DNA from: a virus
Reading direction: 5' to 3' (one strand)
DNA length: 64,000 bases
IMG/VR virus record: IMGVR_UViG_3300031552_000001
Span: 128,138-192,137 of that record
Shown: piece by piece, positions 52,942 to 61,448 of the stretch
Layout of the letters: each line of letters opens with the position of its first letter
How positions within the stretch are numbered: position 1 is the first letter of the stretch
Notes under the pieces: generated by a model
Database searches by the model: none
Seen by the model: only the letters and a program-made list of their open reading frames with translations
Told to the model about the DNA's origin: nothing
Translations under genes and position numbers: made by a program

Positions 52942-53385
52942 ATGCAAACATTTCTCCCATACGCAAACTTTGAAGCTTCTGCCTCCGTACTAGATTATCG
53001 AAGGCTCGGAAAGCAAAGAGTAGAAGCCTTTCAGATACTGCAAACACTACAAGGCCGACCTAGTAGATGGGCTAACCACCCTGCTGTAATACAATGGAAG
53101 GGTTATGAGGACTCCCTCTCCTATTACGGAAGGGTAGTATGCCTTGAGTGGAGGGCTCGAGGATACAAAGACAGCATGCTAGAAAAGTTCAAGGTAGCTT
53201 GTGTGCACACAAAGCCTCCATGGCTCGGCTTTGAGCCTTTTCACTCCTCACATCGATCAAACTTGCTGCGAAAGGACAAAGACTATTACTCTCAATTCGG
53301 CTGGAAAGAACCGGTGGACCTTCCATACGTGTGGCCGTCTAAGTTAAAAGCTGTACAGCAACTCGAGAGGCTGAAATGGCTCTAA
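52942..53385 (+). CDS. pyrimidine-dimer DNA glycosylase-family protein (MSMEG_6728-like)
   Basis: MQTFLPY...LDYRRLGKQRVEA...NHPAVIQW...HSSHRSNLLRKD...LPYVWP. Confidence 0.85.
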   Translation: MQTFLPYANFEASASVLDYRRLGKQRVEAFQILQTLQGRPSRWANHPAVIQWKGYEDSLSYYGRVVCLEWRARGYKDSMLEKFKVACVHTKPPWLGFEPFHSSHRSNLLRKDKDYYSQFGWKEPVDLPYVWPSKLKAVQQLERLKWL

Positions 53386-53831
53386 GACTGCATCAAGAAA
53401 AAGGCGTGAACCCAAGAATAACGGTCTGTAAGCAGTGCGGCAAAGATGTTGGCGTAGCGCTTCTTGGGTCTAACGAGTCCGTTTACGAATGTAACAATTG
53501 TGGTGTAAACCACATAGGAGGAAGACCAAAAGAATGCCCCTGCGGGGAGCGGTACCAATTTACTAAAAAAAGAAACATAGGTGATACAGAGAAGCTGCCA
53601 GTAGAGTTATGCGACTCCTGTAAAGAGGAAGCAGAACTACACAATAAACTGGTCGAGGAGGGCGGAATCTATTGGAGATGCGCCAAGTGCCGCAGTCATG
53701 GCGTTGTTAAAAAAGAGTCTGAACTATCAAAGAAAGTCAGAGCCGAATTGACGTGCGAGCCTCCAGCCCTTTGTGAAGTAGAATTCGACGGCGACTGCCC
53801 TGCCTGTCAAAATAAGGAACACGATAAATAA
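53376..53831 (+). CDS. Cys-rich conserved phage hypothetical protein
   Basis: GVNPRITVCKQCG and several CxxC motifs. Confidence 0.6.
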   Translation: MALRLHQEKGVNPRITVCKQCGKDVGVALLGSNESVYECNNCGVNHIGGRPKECPCGERYQFTKKRNIGDTEKLPVELCDSCKEEAELHNKLVEEGGIYWRCAKCRSHGVVKKESELSKKVRAELTCEPPALCEVEFDGDCPACQNKEHDK

Positions 53832-53923
53832 CCTCCGTGACTGTACTCGGCTTTTTAAACACCGTGTCTATCTTCCATATTAGCGAGTCATATGCTCTTT
53901 ATTTAGAGCTGCATAGTGCAGCC

Positions 53924-54001
53924 TAGCTAAAGGCCGGTCAGGTTGTGATTGAGAGGGTTAAACGTGCTATCTTTTCTCATTCATAGGCCGGCCTTTAGCT
54001 A
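53924..54001. repeat. 14-bp perfect inverted repeat enclosing 50 nt
   Basis: TAGCTAAAGGCCGG / CCGGCCTTTAGCTA. Confidence 0.85.
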
Positions 54002-54039
54002 CGTTTAATCAACCCACAATCCTAAACAGGTACTGCAAT

Positions 54040-54288
54040 TTGATCCCCCAGCATACTTGCGTTTGCGGACTAAAATACAAAGACTTCCGAACGGGGTATA
54101 CATACGAAACCGTTTACGAAATGCTGTGGTCGAGTAACGACGACCCTAGCACCTGGAAATACAAAAGACGACACACTGTTTTAGGCTTATGGCGCATGCT
54201 AAAGCAGCAGATGTGGGAACATCATTTGGAGTGTTGCGTAGCCGCGCGCGAATACGAAAAGTCTCTACGCGATAAAGTTCCTTTTTGA
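54040..54288 (+). CDS. hypothetical protein
   Basis: TTG-start ORF. Confidence 0.5.
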   Translation: MIPQHTCVCGLKYKDFRTGYTYETVYEMLWSSNDDPSTWKYKRRHTVLGLWRMLKQQMWEHHLECCVAAREYEKSLRDKVPF

Positions 54289-54302
54289 TTTGGAGTCTAT
54301 AG

Positions 54303-54662
54303 ATGAATTCCTCGATGAGTGAGCGCGAAAAACTTCTCGATAAGATACGCAAGACGCTGAGTAAGTATGGCGTACAAGTGGTTGTTGATAAACAGCGCAA
54401 TGGTTTTCCACAAGTAATTCAAGCCGCTATTAAAGGCGCTGACGGGAGGATACACACTCTTCCAAGACCTGCACGTCATTCTGATGTGATAAAGAAGATG
54501 CGAAACGAAGGAATCGACGACCGGCCTAACGAAGTACAAGGATTTCTCATTGATAACGGGTCTTTTTTCGATCGTAGAGCAGCAGCGGAGTTGGCCTTGT
54601 TCAATACGCAATGCAAAAAGCTAATTGCGCCACCTAATTTGTGCAGCGAGGACTTATGGTGA
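54303..54662 (+). CDS. conserved phage hypothetical protein
   Basis: RPARHSDVI...QGFL...FDRRAAA...LCSEDLW pattern. Confidence 0.65.
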   Translation: MNSSMSEREKLLDKIRKTLSKYGVQVVVDKQRNGFPQVIQAAIKGADGRIHTLPRPARHSDVIKKMRNEGIDDRPNEVQGFLIDNGSFFDRRAAAELALFNTQCKKLIAPPNLCSEDLW

Positions 54663-54713
54663 GTAAGGTTTCGAAAAACAGAATTCGTTTGTACCTATTT
54701 ATATGGAGGTATT

Positions 54714-55250
54714 TTGATGGAGTTGAGAGTTGTTCGCGATCAAGATCCTATGTCTCCACGAGATTGGGACAATCTCGGCACCATGGCCTGTTGGCACCGC
54801 CGGTACAAACTGGGAGACGAACAGCCGACTTGTTCGCCAGATGTTTATATGAGCGAATTAAAAGAGACCGAAGAACTGGCTCTTGTGCTGCCGTTGTATC
54901 TATACGACCACAGCGGAATTACGATGAGTGTGAAGCCGTTCTCGTGCCCATGGGATAGTGGCCAGGTGGGTTTCGTCTACGTGACGAAGACAAAACTGCT
55001 CAAAGAATTTGGCGCCGGATCGCTGACCGACGACGTGTTGGAGAAGGGCAGAAGGGTGCTCGAAGCAGAGGTTGTGGCGTACGATCAGTTTTTATGTGGA
55101 GATGTGTGGGGGTACGTTTTGGAAGGCGAAGAGTGCGACTCGTGTTTTGGATTTTTCGGTGACGATCTTGACGGGATGAAGGCGAACTTGAACGAGAAAT
55201 ACCACGAGTTGTTGAAGGAGGCGTGGGATAAGAGGTTAGAGTATGTGTAA
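54714..55250 (+). CDS. conserved phage/mobile-element hypothetical protein
   Basis: PMSPRDWDNLGTMACWHRRY...LPLYLYDHSGIT...WDSGQVG pattern. Confidence 0.7.
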   Translation: MMELRVVRDQDPMSPRDWDNLGTMACWHRRYKLGDEQPTCSPDVYMSELKETEELALVLPLYLYDHSGITMSVKPFSCPWDSGQVGFVYVTKTKLLKEFGAGSLTDDVLEKGRRVLEAEVVAYDQFLCGDVWGYVLEGEECDSCFGFFGDDLDGMKANLNEKYHELLKEAWDKRLEYV

Positions 55251-55572
55251 ACGTGGAAGGGCTGTAGTAATAAGTGTACCACCAAATTTAGATATTCGAT
55301 ACAACAATCCTGGAAGGGCTAGGCGAGACAGGATAGCCGTTGACCAATGCTTAGCACCTGAAATCAAGAAACTTTGGCGTTTAGGCATAGCAACAACAGG
55401 CTGCTGCTGCGGTCACGGAAACCGCTCTGTTGCGTACATAGGTGTAGAAGAGCCAGACATAAAGAAAATGGAAGCGTTAGGTTATGAACATCACATACAT
55501 AGCCTAGACCCCACCAGAGAAGACAACTTTACTCCACAGACCATCAGCCTGCCGCGCGCACGACGCTCTTAA
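55243..55572 (+). CDS. conserved phage hypothetical protein
   Basis: VDQCLAPEIKKLW...TTGCCCGHG pattern. Confidence 0.65.
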   Translation: MCKRGRAVVISVPPNLDIRYNNPGRARRDRIAVDQCLAPEIKKLWRLGIATTGCCCGHGNRSVAYIGVEEPDIKKMEALGYEHHIHSLDPTREDNFTPQTISLPRARRS

Positions 55573-55690
55573 CAGTTGATGCATAAATTAAGGAAGTCCG
55601 CATTCAAAATTGTTGAAGTCTAGTAAGAGAGTAATTGACACCGTACTTGAGAGATTATGGCTGTACTAACGAGTTAGCGAGGAGGACATC

Positions 55691-56041
55691 ATGCCTATTA
55701 CTAACAATGAAGTTTGGGAAAAGACGGTGAAAGCAAACACAGACGGTTACGGTGGAACGTGTATCAAGGTGGCCAGAGAAGCTATGAGGCTACTTGATAC
55801 GGAAGAATTTCTTTCACCTCTCGATAAAGATTCCGTACACAAGCTGATTACGCTGGCCGATAAATCTTCAGGAGCGGGAGGGATAACTGGATTCATGGCG
55901 GGGTGTGTTGCGGCCATCATAAGTAAGTGCCATTCTCGCGGTGAGGAGTTCATTAAAGCGTGGAACGACCAGTACAGAAAATACATGCGGGACCCGGAAG
56001 ACGACTCCGGTGTCGTAAATCCTGCTTTGTGGTCGGCGTAA
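55691..56041 (+). CDS. hypothetical protein, paralog of 57174-57623
   Basis: GGAGG SD; shared MPITNN...VAREAMRLLDTE...CHSRGEEF. Confidence 0.7.
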   Translation: MPITNNEVWEKTVKANTDGYGGTCIKVAREAMRLLDTEEFLSPLDKDSVHKLITLADKSSGAGGITGFMAGCVAAIISKCHSRGEEFIKAWNDQYRKYMRDPEDDSGVVNPALWSA

Positions 56042-56071
56042 ATCGGGAAGAGTTCGAGAAGGAGAAGTGAC

Positions 56072-56410
56072 ATGAACGAACTAAACTGGAATCCCCACCG
56101 ATTCCTTTATATTTACGGGATTACCGCTGAACAGTGGGCGGCCCGCTACGGGATCATTCCCTTCACTGACAAGTGTGAATGTGGAAGAGATCTCACAACG
56201 TCGATACCGTGGGCTCAAGGTTCGCTAAGGGGGTTGAGGGCGCCACCATGTGAATGCGGTAACGAGAATCGGCCATACTGCGTGGTGAGGGATTCACGGT
56301 ACGGCGATTTGTTCACGGGTGTTGAAGCTCAAATTTCCAAGCGGCGAGCTTCGCGTCGAGGTCCATACCGTTTTAGTGAAAAACGAAATAATCGAGGAGA
56401 AGAGTCGTGA
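56072..56410 (+). CDS. zinc-binding hypothetical protein
   Basis: CECG motif twice. Confidence 0.55.
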   Translation: MNELNWNPHRFLYIYGITAEQWAARYGIIPFTDKCECGRDLTTSIPWAQGSLRGLRAPPCECGNENRPYCVVRDSRYGDLFTGVEAQISKRRASRRGPYRFSEKRNNRGEES

Positions 56411-57003
56411 GTGACGAAAGCAAAACAACGGAACCAGAGGAGTTGAAAGTCATATACGTGGGCGAGATCGGTGATGAGTTCGAATACGTGTTGGCCGAAA
56501 ACGAGCAGGAAGCTGTGGACATTGTCCTCACTACTTGGGGCGGTGACGCAGATGATTTCTGTTTGACTGTTGAAGATTTGGGCTTGGCACCTCGCGGCCT
56601 AGCTGAGTCGGACATTATGAATGGCTGTACGGTAAAGCCAAATCTATTGATTTCGTGGTTAATAGAGCGACTACATGAGGCTGAGGCATCACAGGACGCT
56701 GAGGCGAAAAAAGTAGAAGCACTTCATGCCCAGGCTATCGAGCACGGTGTTGATGTTGTGGCGTACCGTCATGACCTAGAGGTGGCGGAGTATGAGCGTG
56801 ACCAAGCTCGTAAGGAGCTAGAAGAAAAGGCAAAAACCGCGAGTAAAAAAGCGATTGTCAATCACACGTGCCCAGAGTGCGCAGACACGACCGACACCGA
56901 GACCGAGGTCGTTTGTCCGTCATGCAGTTATGGATTTTGCAAAAGATGCTGCAAGCCTGGTGAATTATGCGACGAGTGCCAGGCAGAAGAAGGCCGTGAG
57001 TAA
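56407..57003 (+). CDS. acidic/coiled-coil protein with C-terminal Cys cluster
   Basis: ORF; CPEC, CPSC and CDEC motifs. Confidence 0.55.
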   Translation: MSDESKTTEPEELKVIYVGEIGDEFEYVLAENEQEAVDIVLTTWGGDADDFCLTVEDLGLAPRGLAESDIMNGCTVKPNLLISWLIERLHEAEASQDAEAKKVEALHAQAIEHGVDVVAYRHDLEVAEYERDQARKELEEKAKTASKKAIVNHTCPECADTTDTETEVVCPSCSYGFCKRCCKPGELCDECQAEEGRE

Positions 57004-57004
57004 T

Positions 57005-57190
57005 ATGAGCGAAGAAAACAAAAACGCCAAGATCCCTTGTACAAAGTATAACTACAATTGCGAGTGCGAAAACTGCGTCTTAGAGCGCAAACAGACTGGG
57101 GAATGGTGGCTAACAGAGGAAGGGATGATGGCGCTTACCGCAGCGGTCATTGTCGCGGCAAAAGGAAAAAGACATGCCTATTACGAATAA
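57005..57190 (+). CDS. small Cys-containing protein MSEENKNAK...
   Basis: ATG 2 nt after the previous stop. Confidence 0.5.
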   Translation: MSEENKNAKIPCTKYNYNCECENCVLERKQTGEWWLTEEGMMALTAAVIVAAKGKRHAYYE

Positions 57191-57623
57191 TAAGGCTTGG
57201 GAAAAGCTGATGAAACAGAGCGCAGACCTTTACGGAAAGGCAATGATCAGAGTAGCTAGAGAAGCTATGCGGCTACTCGATACGGAAGTATTTCCTCCGC
57301 CTCTCGACAAAGGTTCTGCGCACAAATTGATTACGTTAGCCGCAGGAGAAAGAGGGATGCCTAGATTTATGGCGAAGGATGTTGCGACTATTGTAGGTCA
57401 TTGCCATTCTCGCGGTGAAGAGTTCACCAAAGCGTGGCACGCGAGGCGCTTGAATACTTGCTTGGTAGAGCGGAAGGCAACCGCCCGCGACCCACGGAAC
57501 GAAGCCGATGAATTACGCAAAGAAGTCGCTCGACTAAAAAAATGCCTAGATGCCATCAGGTGGACATGTCAAGGCCGTGCTGTAAGGATGGCTGATGCTG
57601 CCCTATCACACACCGGAGAGTAG
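57174..57623 (+). CDS. hypothetical protein, paralog of 55691-56041 with extended C-terminus
   Basis: AAAGGA SD; start MPITNN. Confidence 0.65.
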   Translation: MPITNNKAWEKLMKQSADLYGKAMIRVAREAMRLLDTEVFPPPLDKGSAHKLITLAAGERGMPRFMAKDVATIVGHCHSRGEEFTKAWHARRLNTCLVERKATARDPRNEADELRKEVARLKKCLDAIRWTCQGRAVRMADAALSHTGE

Positions 57624-57693
57624 ACTACGCATTATGTTAGAGCGTAGCGGTAAGGCTATCGAATCCGAGTAGGTTCCTAGTAGTCATGAAGAG

Positions 57694-57996
57694 GTGAAGG
57701 AGTATTTTTTGAAAAAGGAATACGAGATGAGTACCACGTGTGAAGACTGTAGGTTTTACATTCCTTTATGCTACGGCCACGATAAAGGTAATTGCCGCGC
57801 AGAAATTCCCATGTCGTGTACAGGGGAAAAGAAAGTGATGTCGTACAATACAGTAGCCGATAACTGTAAAGCGTTTTCCCCGCACACTTGTAGCGTATGT
57901 AACGAAAAAGATACGGAGTTTATTTCAGTGTACGGGGAGGCGTTTTATAGCAGTTGTTTGGACGTAGATGATGAGTGTTCAGATTTCGAAGAGTAA
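57694..57996 (+). CDS. Cys-rich hypothetical protein
   Basis: CEDC and CSVC motifs. Confidence 0.5.
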   Translation: MKEYFLKKEYEMSTTCEDCRFYIPLCYGHDKGNCRAEIPMSCTGEKKVMSYNTVADNCKAFSPHTCSVCNEKDTEFISVYGEAFYSSCLDVDDECSDFEE

Positions 57997-58174
57997 GTTC
58001 AGATTATAATGTGGCAACGGGGAAGGTGGACGCGGACGATAACGCGTACGGGGACGAAAGAGAAGGTGCAAACGTGGGTATGGACGAGGACGGGAATGAA
58101 GATACGGACGAACTGAGTAACACAATTGTGAGTTTTGTTGTTTATCCTGAGGCGGGTGAAAGAAGAGATAGAAG

Positions 58175-58393
58175 TTGCGTACGACAAAATTAAGATTTCA
58201 AACCCTCCTGTGTGCGCTCAGAATTACCTTGGCGTGTATCATCGTGACTGTTATCGCTTCATGGGTGGTAATGAATGTATGGAATTTTGTTTCCAGGGAG
58301 ATTGGCGCAGTTCAGATCGACTACATAGAGGCGTGCATTCCTGTGGGTATTATTACGTTTGCCGTTGCTCGGTTTAAGTTGGCGCTCCGATGA
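58175..58393 (+). CDS. small two-TM membrane protein
   Basis: Two hydrophobic stretches. Confidence 0.45.
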   Translation: MRTTKLRFQTLLCALRITLACIIVTVIASWVVMNVWNFVSREIGAVQIDYIEACIPVGIITFAVARFKLALR

Positions 58394-58428
58394 TGGCGCT
58401 TACCGCATAGCTAGAGAAGCTATGCGGC
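58389..58428 (+). repeat. 40-nt composite of 57124-57142 and 57253-57273 forming a 10-bp hairpin
   Basis: Exact 19-nt and 21-nt matches; CCGCATAGCT-AGAGA-AGCTATGCGG. Confidence 0.9.
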
Positions 58429-58443
58429 ATAAATAGATCGAAG

Positions 58444-58472
58444 AAAAAACAGGGGTCTCTTCTGGGATAAGA
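58444..58472 (+). promoter_or_regulatory. phage promoter motif AAAA-N15-TGGGATAAGA followed by a 12-bp leader hairpin
   Basis: Exact geometry; TTATGAGAAAAG/CTTTTCTCATAA at 58474-58502 just before the CCGGAGG SD. Confidence 0.6.
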
Positions 58473-58514
58473 ATTATGAGAAAAGGGTTACTTTTCTCAT
58501 AACCGGAGGACCCC

Positions 58515-58991
58515 ATGCAACCAGCTAAAACAACTCAAGAGATATACGAAGACTTTGCTGCTGCTCGAAAAAAAGCAGGGCTGCCGCCTCTTCCAATGCC
58601 GTCGAAAAATTTCAGTGTCGACCTTGTTAAGCGAGACGCAGAAGAGATTCAAACTAAGCTAGACAAAAAAAGTGAGGTCATGCAGAAGTTGGATAGAATC
58701 CGCGCTATGTGCAACAAGAGCAAAGCGGGGGCTGTAGGGGCTGTAGAGACTGTAGTAGAACCTCGTTCCAATTACTTCATGAATGACCTGATCAAGTTGT
58801 TGGCCAGTACCTTAAAGACTCTAACCGCCGATATAGAAGCTCAAACTGTTAAGTGCAGAGAGGCCTCTTCCCTGACCGCGGTCAGTGAGCTCCAAAATGC
58901 ACTGAAGGACTCAGCCTATCGCAACGAGGAGATAGAGGTAATAGTAAGTGAGTTGATTTTCACACTAACTGATGCTCAAAAAAGAGGCTGA
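58515..58991 (+). CDS. coiled-coil hypothetical protein
   Basis: CCGGAGG SD. Confidence 0.6.
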   Translation: MQPAKTTQEIYEDFAAARKKAGLPPLPMPSKNFSVDLVKRDAEEIQTKLDKKSEVMQKLDRIRAMCNKSKAGAVGAVETVVEPRSNYFMNDLIKLLASTLKTLTADIEAQTVKCREASSLTAVSELQNALKDSAYRNEEIEVIVSELIFTLTDAQKRG

Positions 58992-59029
58992 TTCCGTATT
59001 AAACTCTTGCTACCAATTAGAACTCTGGC

Positions 59030-59072
59030 AGAGTCGCACGATGCAATCACATCTCGTGCGACTCTTTTAGCC
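59030..59072 (+). terminator. intrinsic terminator
   Basis: AGAGTCGCACGA/TCGTGCGACTCT then TTTAGCC. Confidence 0.7.
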
Positions 59073-59097
59073 AGTCCCTTAGAGGGGGGTTAGTTAA

Positions 59098-59349
59098 ATG
59101 AAAAATACAGAAGAAGTTTCCTTTCCTACTCTAACCCTAACTCACGAAAGGTTAACTCAGCTCTTTATAGACTCTATCGCTCCACCCTTAATAAAGGCTC
59201 TTTGCGGTAATGGAGCACTGGGAATGATTTCAGGAGCTGTCTCTATCCATAGAGTAATCGACGAGGGGTTGGCTAGGTTCAAAGAAGGCCTGAAGGTTAT
59301 GCCGGAGCCGCAAGGGGCAGAACCGCTCGAATCTAAGCCAGAAGAATAA
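59098..59349 (+). CDS. hypothetical protein
   Basis: GAGGGGG SD. Confidence 0.5.
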   Translation: MKNTEEVSFPTLTLTHERLTQLFIDSIAPPLIKALCGNGALGMISGAVSIHRVIDEGLARFKEGLKVMPEPQGAEPLESKPEE

Positions 59350-59414
59350 ACTTTGTCAGCAGATGGTAAGCAAGACCGTGAAAGAGTTAGACCACCACGA
59401 GCCGAGATGTAACC

Positions 59415-59668
59415 ATGAAGTTTGAAACTGGACGTATTTACGTCGTAGCAGGTCGAGGACCCATGCTTCTCGTAAAGTTACCAGACCCCTGCGCACAACC
59501 ACTTTAATGATGTACACTCATGGGGGTAACCATTATTGGACTTCTGCTGAGGAGCTAGTGCGCGAAGCTGACTGTGACCTAGTACGAGTATTTGAGCATG
59601 AGAAAAAGCTACGAGGGCTGGAATGTCGAGACGAAGATTGCTGGTGTCGTAAGGTACTAAGAAAATGA
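59415..59668 (+). pseudogene. small gene interrupted by a -1 frame change at GTA AAG TTA
   Basis: MKFETGRIYVVAGRGPMLLVK continues in the -1 frame as VTRPLRTTTLMMYTHGG...RKVLRK*. Confidence 0.45.
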
Positions 59669-59669
59669 A

Positions 59670-59900
59670 ATGCTTGAAATACGCATATACGTAAACCTGA
59701 AGAATATAGGCTCTATCGTTATTCTTCGTGACAGAACAGACCTTGGAAGGGTGTGCAACTACACTGTGAAGAACCATAACAACCATCAGATTGGGCGCAT
59801 CAAAGACTTCGATACTAAGAGAGGCGCCTGGCAGCTTCTCCTAGAAGCTCTGAAAGTCGTAGACCCGGATTTACTCACCACCACGAAAGAAGATAGCTAG
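59670..59900 (+). CDS. hypothetical protein
   Basis: ORF; DLGRVCNYTV...RGAWQLLLEAL. Confidence 0.55.
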   Translation: MLEIRIYVNLKNIGSIVILRDRTDLGRVCNYTVKNHNNHQIGRIKDFDTKRGAWQLLLEALKVVDPDLLTTTKEDS

Positions 59901-59947
59901 CGTTGGGCCAATCAGGAGCTATCGTAGCGGCAGAAATTGATAGGCTA

Positions 59948-60409
59948 CTAAAGAACAATAAACTTTGTCAGAGTTTCAATCTTTTCGTTCTCTGTATTAG
60001 GTTTCAGTTTCCCGTCAGGGTCGGTAAATACAGGCGGTTCTTCTAAGTCGTAAGCTGCGGCTACGTACCCCATGCCCTTATCGTTGAGGCCGATAATTCC
60101 GTTAAGAATTCCTAATACCCCTACCCCCGAATCTTGGTCTACCAGTATGGATTCATCATCACACAACGCATCATTGGCAAATATCTTCTTGTTAAACAAG
60201 GCTCTAACCGCCAACGGGTCTTTCTCTATGGCCCGGTTCAAGACAACAACGGCGTTATGAGCAACCCTCTTCTTCTCCTCGTCAGTTAGGCCTCCTTCTA
60301 AAGAGGGGTCATTACAGTTAGATTCAACGTTAAGTTCTTCTGTCATCTTAACTCTCCTGGAAATTTTTGAAGTTACTACTCTACGCGGTAGTAAAAAAAT
60401 CGGAGCCAC
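59948..60409 (-). CDS. hypothetical protein (start probably MTEE)
   Basis: CCAGGAG SD before MTEE. Confidence 0.55.
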   Translation of the reverse strand: MAPIFLLPRRVVTSKISRRVKMTEELNVESNCNDPSLEGGLTDEEKKRVAHNAVVVLNRAIEKDPLAVRALFNKKIFANDALCDDESILVDQDSGVGVLGILNGIIGLNDKGMGYVAAAYDLEEPPVFTDPDGKLKPNTENEKIETLTKFIVL

Positions 60410-60732
60410 TCATGCCCGTACACAACGAAATAGGTGCCATAACCAATAGAATTATTCAACCCTACCTCCTCTTATATATCTACCCTTCTATGGACTTGCA
60501 CAACGCCTCAGTAGTCAGTATCAGCGCACATAAGGGCGCTAAGGTGCTATCTGTAGGCTTGGACGGAAATGAACTCGTCGCTTGGCTAGAAGTGCCTATT
60601 GGTACGCCAGCGGAATCGTATATCTTCTACCTCATACCGACTTACTCCTACGTCCCTGACGAAAAGATAAAATACTTGGGCCCTGTAGTGCTTGAGAATT
60701 TATTAACCCTTCACGTTTATTTGCAGCTATGA
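60367..60732 (+). CDS. conserved phage hypothetical protein
   Basis: AKVLSVGLDGNELVAWLEV...YLG...LHVY pattern; start uncertain. Confidence 0.55.
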   Translation: MKLLLYAVVKKSEPLMPVHNEIGAITNRIIQPYLLLYIYPSMDLHNASVVSISAHKGAKVLSVGLDGNELVAWLEVPIGTPAESYIFYLIPTYSYVPDEKIKYLGPVVLENLLTLHVYLQL

Positions 60733-60741
60733 GGTTTTTCT

Positions 60742-60918
60742 ATGGCCGCTAATAGCTGCGATCTGTGTGGTCGTATTGATGAGCTGTTCTTCTGCTCATA
60801 CTGCATGAGGTGTGTCTGCGATAACTGCATGGTGCTATCTAACCAATGTTGGGACTGCTGGGACAGGGCCGTCGAAGAGAAAGCATCCGACCCCTCATTT
60901 ATCGGTGATGAAGGTTAA
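60742..60918 (+). CDS. 58-aa Cys-rich protein MAANSCDLCG... (below cutoff)
   Basis: Four CxxC motifs; GAGG upstream. Confidence 0.55.
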   Translation: MAANSCDLCGRIDELFFCSYCMRCVCDNCMVLSNQCWDCWDRAVEEKASDPSFIGDEG

Positions 60919-60945
60919 AAAGTTTCTTACTTTCAAGGTATAAGA
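60917..60945 (+). promoter_or_regulatory. phage promoter motif AAAA-N15-AGGTATAAGA
   Basis: Exact geometry. Confidence 0.6.
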
Positions 60946-60984
60946 ATTATGAAGAAACAAGAACTTTTTTCCTTGGAGGAACTC

Positions 60985-61128
60985 ATGGAACAGATCATTG
61001 CACGCTATGCAGTCCGGGCTGTTATGGCTACGGTAGGAACCGTTCTCGTACTTAAACTTGTTGACAAGATTAAAGCGAAACGTTTGGCCAACAAACATAT
61101 TCGAGAAGCCAATCAGCCGGCTCACTAA
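60985..61128 (+). CDS. 47-aa membrane-associated peptide MEQIIARYAVRAVMATVGTVLVLKLVDK... (below cutoff)
   Basis: Own promoter motif, GGAGG SD, downstream terminator. Confidence 0.6.
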   Translation: MEQIIARYAVRAVMATVGTVLVLKLVDKIKAKRLANKHIREANQPAH

Positions 61129-61136
61129 TCGCACAG

Positions 61137-61176
61137 AGAAAAGCACTCAGGTATACCCTAAGCGCTTTTCTTAGCT
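61137..61176 (+). terminator. hairpin terminator
   Basis: AGAAAAGC/GCTTTTCT then TAGCT. Confidence 0.5.
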
Positions 61177-61209
61177 CCTCGAACTGTGCACTTTCTTTAG
61201 CCCAAAGCT

Positions 61210-61416
61210 TTAGTCTAGATAATCATCCCAGTGGTTCACCGTATATATAACTGATACAACGAACGCTAACATTGCGATAAGGTAAAGAGGGTGCAATCCA
61301 ATAAGTAACAGCGTCCAAAAGGTGACGATAGCTAGCATTGTCATTCTCAAAAGGCCCGGCTTCAGACCCTTTGGCTTCTTTGGTTCACCCGGTTTCTGCT
61401 CTTGCTGTGAGGTCAT
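61210..61416 (-). CDS. small two-TM membrane protein
   Basis: AAGGGAG SD; two hydrophobic helices. Confidence 0.6.
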   Translation of the reverse strand: MTSQQEQKPGEPKKPKGLKPGLLRMTMLAIVTFWTLLLIGLHPLYLIAMLAFVVSVIYTVNHWDDYLD

Positions 61417-61448
61417 TGCTGTGCTTCTCCCTTCTAGGCCTGTGTCTG

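Noticed and set aside
55225-55233. GGGATAAGA matches at 55225 and on the minus strand at 61556 as promoter copies
   Set aside because: Inside coding sequence and lacking the AAA box at the 15-nt spacing
55691-57623. Paralog pair as DGR template and variable regions
   Set aside because: Differences are not adenine-specific and are mostly synonymous or scattered; no reverse transcriptase in the window
60895-61146. Minus-strand 83-aa ORF in the track
   Set aside because: Antisense to a better supported plus-strand unit with promoter, GGAGG SD and terminator (60985-61128)
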